Origin: Phoronis australis
Taxonomy: Eukaryota; Animalia; Phoronida
Assembly (NCBI GenBank): GCA_002633005.1
Contig: NMRA01000354.1
Location: 310,001-374,000, forward strand
Length of the DNA: 64,000 nucleotides
Direction: 5' to 3'
Part shown: one piece after another, positions 52,365 to 64,000 of the stretch
Position numbering within the stretch: position 1 is the stretch's first letter
Layout: each line of letters begins with the position of its first letter
Notes under the pieces: model-generated
Database searches by the model: none
What the model saw: only the letters and a program-made list of their open reading frames with translations
Told to the model about the DNA's origin: nothing
Position numbers and translations under genes: made by a program

Positions 52365-53110
52365 ATTCTCAGCCTCATATTGATTATCGTTTACCGGTTT
52401 GGGGGCATACTAGTGACAAACTTGTCAGCAAAGTCCAAGTAATCCAAAATAGAGCCTGGGTACTAGAATTCGGGACACCAAGGTCGATGACTTGTATTCC
52501 AAGCTGGGATTTATGAAAGTGAAACAAAGAAATAAATATCTCTCTGCCTGTTGTATGTAGAGATGTATCAGTGGCTTGACTCCAGCATATCTCAGCCGAA
52601 AATTCAATAGCAGTCAAGTTGTATATTCTGCACGTTCTTCTATCGCTGGAAATATTTCTCTTAAAAAAATTAAAACCGAGACTAGCAAGAGATCTTTTAT
52701 CTATGTTGCTGCTACAATATGGAATTCTGTTAGCCTAGAGATTAAACGGTCCAATTCAATAAATACTTTTAAACTAATACAAAAAAGTGGCTGTAATTTA
52801 CCTAACCTTTTTATACCCTACCTGTCTTAATCATGTCATTTTTTTCTCATTGTCATAAATACTCTCACTGTTTAGAGTAATTTCATAACATATTTCATCT
52901 CTCTCAGTTAAATTTTCACCATTCTTTGTCATATGTTTATTGTCTTAATTCTCAACCTGTTTTAATTGTATCTTTTTCACGTATATTTAATAGTTGTTTT
53001 ATTACTTCATTGTATTATAGTACTGTTTTTGTTGTTGAGGGCCCTCTTGGAATTCAGTGCTATCACTGAAGAGGTCACCCTCATTTTAAATATCACAATA
53101 AGTAAATAAA
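52365..53110 (+). mobile_element. 3' fragment of a CR1/L2-group LINE
   Basis: QPHIDY..VWG..KVQVIQNRA, then PAYLS..KRSFIYVAATIWNSV..IKRSNSINTFK. A T-rich 3' UTR follows, with hairpin CAGTG-CTAT-CACTG and an AATAA-type tail. Confidence 0.85.
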
Positions 53111-54643
53111 TTCCAGTGGGAAAAACAAAACAAAAATTTGACGGTCCAGATTTTCGCGCTGAAGGCGGAACGGCAACAGTAGAAGCATCAGGACAATCTA
53201 TTCAAATTTTTTTCATTTTTCAAACGAGATAAAACCACTGTGCGGAACAATAGACATAATTTAAATTAGGGAGGTTATGTTTCAAAATTGCTGGCCGTAA
53301 CCGAATTTGATGAACAATAAACGATTTAACTTCAAATTAAATCGAATTTTGTCTACATTGAAAAGAATCATGATCCAGGTACAAAAATTCCCAAACCACG
53401 TGTCTTTGAATTCTCTAATGGCGTGGAAAATCAGAGACCATTAAGAAAAGTGAAAGATTGACGTTAATGCTAGTCACTATTCTGGACCTGCTCCTTGAAA
53501 AAATCAAAATTTTGTGAACACTCGTAAAATCTTATATAGTTTCAATTCCAATCAATCCAAAAGCAATCAAAAAGGGTAAAAACGATGATCCAGCAATGTA
53601 AGTTAGGAATTGAAAAGATTTTATTCAGTGACAACACCAGCAACGAGAATGTCTCACTGGAGTTCCACAAGCTCGGGAAATAAAGCACGACACCCTTTTC
53701 TGACGCACGCCTTCACGCTGGCGTTGAGTGCATCGCGCCTATTTACATATGAATATCTGTTAATCCCGTACTCTGCTGTTGGTTGAGGTGTTCACACNCC
53801 CCCCCCCCCCCCCTGGCTGCTTTCCACAACTCTATGCCATGCTTCGGAAGCAAGTAATGGTGCCTTTTGTCAAAACAATGTTTGGCAAAATGACAGGAGT
53901 GTAATTAAGGCCAGATTGTCTTGTTAATTTTCAAGACATTTTTTGACACTGCCCAGTTTTACTGGTGAGCAAAAAGCAGGGGAGGGGTAAGTTCGTGATT
54001 AGAAAAACCTGTAAGGGATATAAGCTCAAGTTCGTACCCTTCTGAATTGCATTATGTTTCCACAGTCTGTAAGCGTATCTCAACCAATGCAACTTGCATC
54101 AATTCCCATCAAAAGTAAATTAAATTAAACCTGACATCATAATTCATACATATATTTCCAGCAATGACTGATTGGAACTGAATATAGCTTATACAAGTTA
54201 AATATACAATAATTATCTGTTCAATAAAAAATGATGCTGTGCTGTCAGTAGCTTGCGATGTCATATGTATAAAGGATTGTGGGAAACCAATCAGATAATC
54301 TGAGATGACTCCATGAACTTATCCCAACAGAGCTACAATGGAGAATTCATGTTGTCTACTGGATGTTAGAGCGACTGAAGAAATCCCAAGAGGAAAACAG
54401 ACCAACTAAATAATTGATACACTGTGATGATATGAGTTTACTTGTTGGTGCTTTTTGCCAATTTATCATGCAGAGGGTTTGCTAACATCACATTTCGGAT
54501 TGACTGATATCCAACACATCTACAGTCTGCAATGAACTCGCATGTTCTCGCCCTTCATAAAAATCTCCATTTTCCGTGACAGTCACATCACCTTCCGAAT
54601 GCACGGCATTTCAAAATGTCCTGGACATGGCATCGACGAGATT

Positions 54644-57600
54644 TCACTTGAACTGGTTAGCAAGCTTCATTGACTTGTAGTCGGCTCTGAGTTGTACGAA
54701 TGAGTGTAGAACAGACTTCTCAAGACAAGACTGAAATACAAAAGTGTAGCAAGAGACATAACAAAAACCATTGCCACTCGTCAATGGTGCAATACACCAT
54801 GAATTAATCCCCTCTTTAGTATGACGTCTTTTTGATGTTTTGGACCCAGTCAAATAAAATTAAAAAGCCAAAATTAAAAACTTCATAATAATTAGGCCAG
54901 ATTTACGGCACTAAGCACTTTGAAAATTACTACCACGTCAATTTTAATTCTTCCCAACTCTCCAGGTGCATACAATGGGTGCAACCATTGTTGGAGCACA
55001 CCCACAAACCATTTAAAAATTACAAGAGCTAAATTGCTCCCATGGTTACCTGAATCAGAAAATAATCCAAAACCTGTATATTTTTTGAAAATGTGACGTG
55101 ACAGCATTTTTATTCCTATTTGTCCAAATCGCGTTATATTTGAGGCAGATAGCCCTGTGATAATCAACCGCCCATCTCTTCATGATGTCTGAGTTTTCTG
55201 CTACAAATGGTACATCATCTTGGCCATAGTGTTCTGACCATTACAGGGACGTAGCAAAGCTTTGTATGACCCAGCCTCCCATTACTAAAGTGGACTGACA
55301 CTAATTTGATGGTTAACACATAGGGATAATGCCAAGAAATCTTGACCACTGATGGCAGCTGATTAGATCTTACTTTCATTAGCAACTATGTACCCAAGAT
55401 TGGCAGTGCACCCACGAAATACGTCCTCACGATTTTCGTTGAATAAACAAGAATTTGAAGGCCTTACCTAGTACACTGTACTCACAAACAGCCTGCACTG
55501 CGCACTTGTAGTCTGTTAACTAAACCCCATGAGCCCAAAAACTTGCATTTTTGAACTCGGATAATTACAAGTTGAAGAAGCAAAGGAAGCGGATGACTGA
55601 AAAGTTTACGTTTTTGAAAAATCTCAAATTTGAAGCAGAAGTGTACATTAAACAGAGCTGCCAATTCCTTATTTTAATTAAACTGCTATTTGTCAGGAAA
55701 TCACAAAGAATTCTAGAGACGTGCTCTCGGAAACGTTGAGTTGTGGGGTGTCGATCATGAGTACACACATTCGTGAACCAAGTCAGTTGTCTTTAGCCTC
55801 TTAATAGATTTTTTCTTAGGTGACACCATTTGAAAGCCAGAGCAAAGTTGATTTTTAGGCCATGCAAGCTTTTGCAGAAATCTATATGACATTACCAAAA
55901 TAGGATTCAAAAGGTGTCAATAGATGGCATGCGAAATCTTTTGTCAAATAAATACTGATCGAACACAAAAACATGTCATTGCTTGCTTTAACTCAGAACA
56001 CACTATGGAAGTATGTATCAAAACCGGATATCACGGCAATTCACGTAATATTTGAAGGCAATATTTCTTGCGTTATCCACCATTTAGAACACAGGATGAT
56101 TAAGATGAACAATATTACTTGTGTGCAAAGTACAAGATGTCCTGATAACTTTTCAAGATTATAAAATGTGAAGAATGATGTCATTCAACATTTAGTAGAG
56201 TAACCCTGAATTTTCAAAAAATAAAACTAAAAATTCGTTAAGTAGAAAACGTGATTCTGTGTTAAAACACCATTATTTGAAAATGAAGCTTTGATAAAAC
56301 AGCATTATTTTAATATTTGTTTGGGAAAGTTTTCAACTGAAATGATGCAGCGAGTAACACAAAACAAATTAATTCATGCACAACAATGCAAAGATTACAC
56401 AGAGGGTACATTTCTCAGATGAAATTGCTTTCTGAAACTTCAAGGAGAGATACACAAGCTTGCTTACCAGTTGGTCACCATTGCAGACTTGTTTGACGTT
56501 TCCTGGGCCTACAATAAGCAGCTGACACAGGGCTACCAGTGTGTCAAAAAGCTGGTCAACAATGCTGATCTTGAAATCCTTGGCCAGCTTCCTGTACTCA
56601 CTGACATCTGCTAGGACAAGAGTGGCCCCTGGTGGTAGACAGAGAAATAAAACATCAGAACTTTCACACAACACAAGTAACCACAGTAGAGGTAAGAAGT
56701 GGGACTCACAATCAGATATTTCATCTCAGACCAGACAGTTCCATGGAAAGAACATTTTATATTTTAGTGTTGAATACACACATCCGAAGTTGGAGACGCA
56801 AAGAAAGCAAAGCTGCCACTAGGGGGTGTCATAGTAGTTGAAGCTGCCTAAAAATTATCAGGCACCATGCTTTTCTCACACATAATCCTTAGAGTGGTTT
56901 GGCCAATAGAGATAGACTTTAAAACAGACTAAAAATAATAAAAATGGCCACTAGGTGGTGTACACTACATTGAATCCATCTATTTAGTAGGAAGCTGTTA
57001 GCACATTTCATAAAAATCTGTCAAAAAACTCCAAAGGTAATGGATAAAGATTGTCACTAGGGGGCACAACCATAGTGAGATCCAGTTGAAAGTCGTTGTC
57101 ATACGTTGTCACCATCATAAAAATATACTTGTCAAATGTAACAAAAATCCTACAGAGGATTTAGGAGACACAGCCATGGATGCATGTTGCCCTAATAGAT
57201 ACCTATTTGCTAAATTTCAAAGGGATAGATAAACAAATAAAATTCACGCCACCAACGGTGGCCAGACAGGTATGATGTCATAGTGTGCCTACACATAAAC
57301 AACTAGGCACATAAAAAGTAAGCCTGTTTCACTTCGCACGACCAACCATAAAATATAAATTTTGTTTGCAATCTGACAAAAGAATGTTCCTTTAATATCA
57401 AAAACAAAATATTTTCAAAACAAAAATGAGACGTAGAAAAATAAAAGATTTTGTCTACCAGCCTAGCCATATCGGATATTACGGATGGCCACGAAACAAA
57501 AAATCAGAAAAGATGGCCTTTCTTGCCAGTGACTTACCGAACAGCATTATACTTAACTAACAAAGAAATGATAACAAACGTTTTGATAATAGCAACTATT

Positions 57601-60600
57601 GCCTCACCACATGTCTGTAAGAATGCAGTCTGATGCTGATGGAACTTAAAAACACTGCCATATTATCAGTTGTCTGTTTTCCTCTTAAATGCTGGTTCAC
57701 ATGCAACAGTGTATGAAACATAGTTACTTTTACCAAGTACACGGCTAGAAAATGCAGGAATATCTAGGGAATTTCCACGGTAAAAAGAAAAGTAAACAAA
57801 TGAGTTTACCTTGTAATGCTGTTGAGCTTCCAAATTCCAGCAGCAAGATGCCAGTAGTGTCTGCATTTCGCAAAAATGTATTACAAAACTTCACCGGCAA
57901 CAGTTATCTCTAAGACCCTAACAATGTTTCACTCACCTGTAAGATTATACTGGAACTGAAGAAGATGTTCGTAGACGACGCGATGAAACTGGACGCCAAA
58001 CTCGGCCAGGACCACATCAACATTCTTACCATCAAGGGTTTCACGCACAACCTTACACTGGTTACGAACGTACTTGCACAACTTGACACAGGCCTGTGAA
58101 CATGAAAGGTTACTACAGTAAAGCTTGTATAAAAAACTGGCATAAGTCAGATGTCCTTAAAACGGATCTCCACTTGGCTCGTTTAACAGTATGGTTGACC
58201 TTATTTATGCACTTGGCGCTTCCGAAAAATCATATTTTGCCTATTAGCCACATTCTGAAATAGCTCAGTGACCAGGGCTTAGAATGATCAATGACAAAAA
58301 AGAGGAAAATTTTCCAGGTTATTTATCATTCAATCTAATGCCATTAAAGTTTACTGCTGCACAACGACTTGCAATGTTGACATGAATACAATGACAAACT
58401 GTGTGTGACACAAAAGATCATTCTTGTTAGTCTTCGTTTTTAAATGAAAATTTGACATTTTTCCTTGTCAAAGAATTCATATTTGTGAGCTTAATTTTGA
58501 ACTAGGTGCTGTAAAATATCTATAATATGGACATGATTAATTGACAAAATTGACATATTATCAGTTAAATTCTGGCAGTTTGGGGTGCGAATTGCCGACT
58601 AGCATACGCATGCACCCAGGGGGCTTGGGGAAGAATGCACAACGCATAGGTCTTGAACAAACCCCGTTTAACTTTTTTTAGTAATAAGGTCTGCAAACCA
58701 AAAAAAATTGAGGCCCTGCATCCCTATATTTTAGGCTGGGCACGTGCGTGAAGCAAAATTCTGGTTATTCCTGTGCCCTGACGACCCCCTAACTCAAAAT
58801 CCTGGATCTACCATTGGTTTTAACTTTTCAAGGACTTCTTATTTTGTTGCGAAAGCCCACAGTTTTTCAAGATATTTCTTGAAGGTTGCTATTGTCCAGA
58901 GCTTGAACATGTCAAGGAATTAATTTCATGCTATACGTCTTTCGCTAAAATTTGTAAAATAAAATTTCATCTGCCCGACATATTACACCTAAATTAGTAA
59001 GGTTTTACTATAGGTTTATAAATGAACATGGCTACACTTCAAAACAAAGCCAATGGTGTTCATATGCACTTTACTGCGTCATTTGTAATCAATAACTGTA
59101 AAAATCTTAGAAAATCTGAGTTTATAGCATGTTTAAAACTCAAACAGACAGACAGACAAATGACAGAAAGGTCGATATACCTGCGAGTATAAATCAAGAC
59201 CAGAAGGCTGGTTACCCTCTGGCTTGAAATCCGTCTTTTTCTGTTCCGTGGTCAGAATGTGACGCACGTAGCCTGTCATGGCCAGCAGAGTTCTGTCGAG
59301 TCCGACGCTGATCTTAGCTTCCATCTGCTCCATTAAATCACGCTTTTTATTCAGCGCATCCGTGTGTTGCGGAGTTGTGCTGCAAGCATTACGAAGCGAC
59401 ACGATAAAAGAGCCAAACAACCATTTTCAATTATTCTTAATGTCAAAATCGCTATCATAATTCCTTACAAACTTAACGTTATCACGTGTTTCAGAAAATT
59501 TGACTAAATTGTCATTTAGGACTGAGCCAGGAAAATAAGGTATTAAGATAAGATAACATGTGAATCTTTATTTAGAGAGGGTAAAAACGTCAGCTTGTCT
59601 ACCACAAGGTCCTCTAAAAACAATAAACAACAACAACTTAAAGAATATTAATAACTACAAATAATCAAAAATAAATAAAAAACAGGAACATGGTAAGCTT
59701 AGCCCATTAAGTGTCCATTTCATGAGTTGTTTGTAGCCTTAGATCTAAGAAGAAAGTTTATGCAGAGTTGCATCCATGCACAAAATTCCCGAAAACAGTG
59801 TATTTTGTATGTTAAACACAAGCCAGTCATAAGTTAATGAAAACCGAAAACTAACCAATTTTCACCACAGATGGACATGCCTAACTCTGAGATCACCGGT
59901 TTCAAATGCTAATGCAAAAAACTCTAAATACCAAATTTTTATAACATTATAGTAAAATATTAACTTGAAGAATGATTGGAGAGCAAAACTGGAAACTGAA
60001 AACAAGAAAATAGCGCAGTAAGAACTATACCTGACAAGAGGAATAAGGCTGTCGGTGAACTGTCGCTCAAATAAATGAAATATAGCGTTGCACTCCGTTA
60101 CCACACTGAAGAAGTAGATCTCCGGCTCCGACTTAGGGTCAGGCAACGGTACGGCTGCAAGAGATGTAGAGTACATTTAGTCTACCTTCCTCGCCTGAAA
60201 ATTTTGATCATCTGGGTATAAATGAAGATGTGTGACTCGCTCATTTTGAAATGTTTATTTTGGTCTATGTATAGTTGGCAACATTTGAAAATAAAAAAGC
60301 AACACATCTGCATCTAGATCCTACCACAAGGGGAAAATGTGCACTGCAACAACCAAACCACATTTTTCATAGCCATAACTGTGAAATGGAACGGCAAAAT
60401 AAGGATAACTTATGTAAAAAAGCCCAAAAATACACGATTATACATTCATTTTGCTACATTTGTCAAATAGTGGGACATCTTTTGGTTTGGTGGTATCAGA
60501 TAGTGCAGATAAGTATTACAGCACAAAAAATACGAATGAACGCCATAACAATAGGTGGCATTAAACTGGGGGCCTCGAAATTCACTAACTAGTGACAACA

Positions 60601-62249
60601 GCCCAACATGTGCAAATGCTTGCATGTCAGTAGTCTCATCACACCTTTAGTTCATGAATGGCCCATACAGTAGTGTGAACTTCTTGCAAGTTGGGTAAGA
60701 TCATGCATAACAATGCATGGCAAGTGTTATGCAATTAAGCTCCCTAAATTACAAGCTTAAACTAGTAAAATGGCCACCATTGAAGTGATTGGTCGGCGAG
60801 GCTAGAATGTTGAACTATGGCAATTAACTCAATATTTCCATTCCATCAGCCAAGGCTTTTTCGACGAAAATGTCTAGCATTATGGAATGCGCCCCAGCAC
60901 CCATTCTTCATTAGAACAGCCAAATAATGTCCAGATTTTAGCTAAAATATTCTCACAACACATGGACCAGCGGAAACATACCTTGTAAGCCCACGTCTAA
61001 AGAATAGTCCACAAACTCCTGACAAAGATATTGCACCAGCACCTCAAAGATCTGCATGGCATTCTTCGGCATGTCCGACTGCTCAGATAACTGTAAAATA
61101 GTACTGATATTTGAACACTGGAGAAAGCTGAACAGACTTTTCTTTATTCGACAGACGATTAAGAAGTAAAGCCAGGTCAACAGCAACTTGTTGCAACTAT
61201 TGTATAAAATCATAGTAACATAGTTATTTGTTGTTACTGGAGTATGAATTCATTTTTGTACAGTAACTTGTTGACACTGTTGTATAACTTTGTAGCAATA
61301 CAATAATTGGTTGCAACTGTTATATAAATTCATAGTAGTACAAAAACTAGTTGCAATTGTTGCATTAATTCATAGTAACATAATAACTTGTTGTAACTGT
61401 TGTATGAATTCATAGTAATATAGTAATTTCTTGCAACAGTTGTATAAATTCATGGAAGTACAGTAAATTGTTGCAACTGTTGTATAAGTTCACCTTATTA
61501 TAGTAAGTTGTTGCAACAACAAAAAGGCTGCAACTGCGTCTCTTAAATAATGTGGAGCAGGCTTAAGGTTGTTATGAATTCTACTTTGAGGTTCAAGCTA
61601 AGCAACACAGTACATTCTTCTTCATTTTTTGAAGGATGCAATGCGTGATGTACAAATAACAGCAGGTAAACACTTTGGCCAAGACTTCAGAAGACCAATG
61701 GAGAGTCCATTCTAGCCAAAGAGCTGTTGAAAAACAAACTCAAACAACAACCAGATAATTGCCATACTGATATTGACATTTGTCAGTCTGTTACTTTGGA
61801 CACAAACTAAATCAAATTGATTTTTATTACCGTTAAATAGTTAACCTTATACATATTCTTTCATATCAAACAAAACAAAATCTTTCAGGTAAGTCAAAAA
61901 AAACGAACAATCCCGATTCACTTAAAAAGCTTCATCTATACCATCAACTGGAAGGTACTGCAGCCCCATCTCAATATTCTACAGCAATGTGTATGTCGAC
62001 ATTTCATTGACTTAAATCACATTTTCAATTGAAAAAATGTTTCTTAAGTCTACAAATGTGCAATTAGCCAGATATGAAAGGCTTACATTGAGACATCGTC
62101 TGAATGCCATCTTGGACTCCTGCAGCAGATTAATAGCGACCTCTTGTGACAGAAATGTTTCCCCGCCATAATTCTCAATAGTTGGCCCGAGGTTGATGTT
62201 GGCTTTCATACCAATCACAGTCTGGATGTCTCGTCTCAAGTCATGGATT
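54644..62249 (-). CDS. EXOC5: Exocyst complex component 5 (Sec10), 3' exons; gene continues beyond the window
   Basis: Exons (minus) 62087-62249 (GETFLSQEVAINLLQE), 60982-61090, 60031-60154 (NAIFHLFERQF), 59181-59379 (GLDRTL..EQKKTDFKPE), 57937-58093 (DGKNVDVVLAELGVQFHR), 56468-56628 (DVSEYRK..LFDTLVALCQLL), 54644-54730 (LHSFVQLRADY..stop). Collinear with the EXOC5 C-terminus. Confidence 0.96.
56805..57317 (-). mobile_element. Old degenerate relative of the 29.6-31.1 kb HINE-like element in an EXOC5 intron
   Basis: Shares GCCACTAGGGGG, AAAAATGGCCACTAGGTGG, CACTAGGGGGCAC, GAGA(C/T)ACAGCCATGG and a terminal GTGCCTA..TAGGCAC-ATAAAAA hairpin. Confidence 0.65.
61180..61520. repeat. ~39-bp minisatellite (~8 copies) in an EXOC5 intron
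   Basis: Unit approximately TTGTTGCAACTGTTGTATAAATTCATAGTAACATAGTAAC. Confidence 0.9.
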
Positions 62250-64000
62250 CTACACATTAGAAAGTCAAGTGAAGCGAATACAGCGCCATCTATAGTAACA
62301 TTTTATGATAATTGTCAACTGTGTAGCATTTAGGAATTTAGATAGCACCAAAGAAAGCCCCATCTTTAATTTGGAAGGAGCAAACAATGAAGGCACAAAA
62401 AATATCACAATTAGTGTAACATTGTAAGAGGGAAAAATGATTTTCAGGAGATCAGCAATGAGGTGAAATTGAAGTCACAACACTTCCCTAGTGGAGCCAA
62501 ACCTCACTCAATAAATAGCAGAGTGTTTTAAGCGCATCTAAGAGTTAAAGTCATAGGCATTAATTTCAGTGCATGGCTGGCAGCCAATTATAAAAAATAG
62601 TAATAAAATCACAAAAACACAACTGTTGTTGTTCTATAGTTCTGGTCAAAGCTAATAACTTCAAGAACTCGACCCACTCCAACAATAACCTCCAAAATGA
62701 ATTTTTGTGCCCTAAAACCGAGTGTCCCTTTAAACTTGAATTCCGACTCCAAGAATATTTCCAATATTTTTGTTCAGTTCAAGCGTGGTAAACATCATTT
62801 ATCAAAAGCATTAATTTATGCTTGTGAAACATTGCTAACATTGCTGTCTTTTGTAGGTACTAAAACATGATTATATTAAGCACCAGTTCTTGCCTAAGTG
62901 CCAGTGACATACTTTGTAATGCCAAAACGGTAAGACATCTATAATGACCACACTGATTGTTCTAAAGCAGTGTGGAAACACACACAGCCACCTTCAATGA
63001 GCACATTACTAAGTGTTAATGTTTTACAAACTGTTGCAGAGATGTTAGTTGATTGTGATCCTAATAATGAATGGCTGAGACAAAATTTTAACTGTAGAGT
63101 TTTTGATCACATTTTGCGGGTAGTGCGTACTTTGCAATAGTAAAACAAGATTTCCTAATTTAAAAAGCATCAACCTTAGGAAATTTAGATTTGCTAAAAT
63201 ACAATCCTCTGTTTCTGAAAATCAAGGTCTCAAGTAAGAAAGAGGTCTAAATTAAGTATTTTGATGTGAGGAGAGTTTCTAGTAACTTTAGAGATACAGG
63301 ACGATGTACATACATTATACAACAAAACTATTCAGACAAAATGACATGGGATTCCCCGTCACAACGATTGGGTGGAAGCTAAATTCAGAGTCACACTGAC
63401 AACGAAGGAGAACAAATCGTCAAGTTGCTATGTTGTCTAAGCCACTCTTTAGTTAGAATTTTAATGCCATAATAGTCATTACCAGCAAATTTTCCTGTCA
63501 ACAGAATTAGCTGTCACAATGGGTAAATGGTATTTTGTAAAGACTACGTCTGTAATGTACCGCAACAGATCAAAGTGGCAAAACTAATCAGGTCTGTGTT
63601 TAATCTGCCCTCACCCTCCCATTTGTTTCTTCTGGTGACCAGCTGACTCATAGTAACTTTTCAGTGTTGATGACATCTTGTCTTTCAGATATCTAGTCTC
63701 CAACCTACAACGACAATTCACAAACCTTAGTTAACAATTATAATAAATAGCCTGCAAAAAACATACAGCGCTCTACAACCAATGGCACTAACAATAACCA
63801 CTACAAAAAACAAATACAACATTCGCAAAAGATTCAGTTACAAAAATACAATAACCAAAAATAAACTAACAAAACACTTATTGTTTTGCAGTGTCATTTT
63901 GCTGAATAAAAAATTCCAAGTTAAATTTGTTCAAGGGACAAATAAATTATTCTGCCCACAAATCCCATCACCCCAAAAGTATTTGTACTTGGAGCTCAGG

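Overview
This is AT-rich, intron-rich animal (invertebrate-type) genomic DNA with one assembly gap (26130-26232). I read it by hand as spliced exons with GT-AG borders and consistent phases. (1) A + strand CRTAC1-like gene (FG-GAP repeats plus ASPIC/UnbV domain, 5' end not found) appears to continue in frame into a ~2 kb basic low-complexity exon carrying a CCN-type TSP1 module, then a 10-Cys cystine-knot-like exon. (2) A convergent - strand matrix metalloproteinase has a furin site, a hemopexin domain and a GPI-like tail. (3) Two LRAT/PLAAT-family paralogues lie on the - strand. (4) A + strand gene encodes a secreted PAN/apple plus fibrinogen-domain protein. (5) A single guanylyl-cyclase exon has no partner exons that I could find. 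(6) The 3' half of EXOC5/Sec10 is on the - strand. The 24-42 kb interval is mostly transposon debris: LINE and Penelope remnants, a Helentron-type non-autonomous element with a 450-bp repeat full of CTCF-like motifs, and an Academ-like element with long TIRs and an XPG-nuclease remnant. The most unusual observation is the putative CRTAC1-CCN(TSP1+CT) chimeric extracellular protein lying tail-to-tail with a membrane-anchored MMP. All family assignments come from motif recognition, not database searches.
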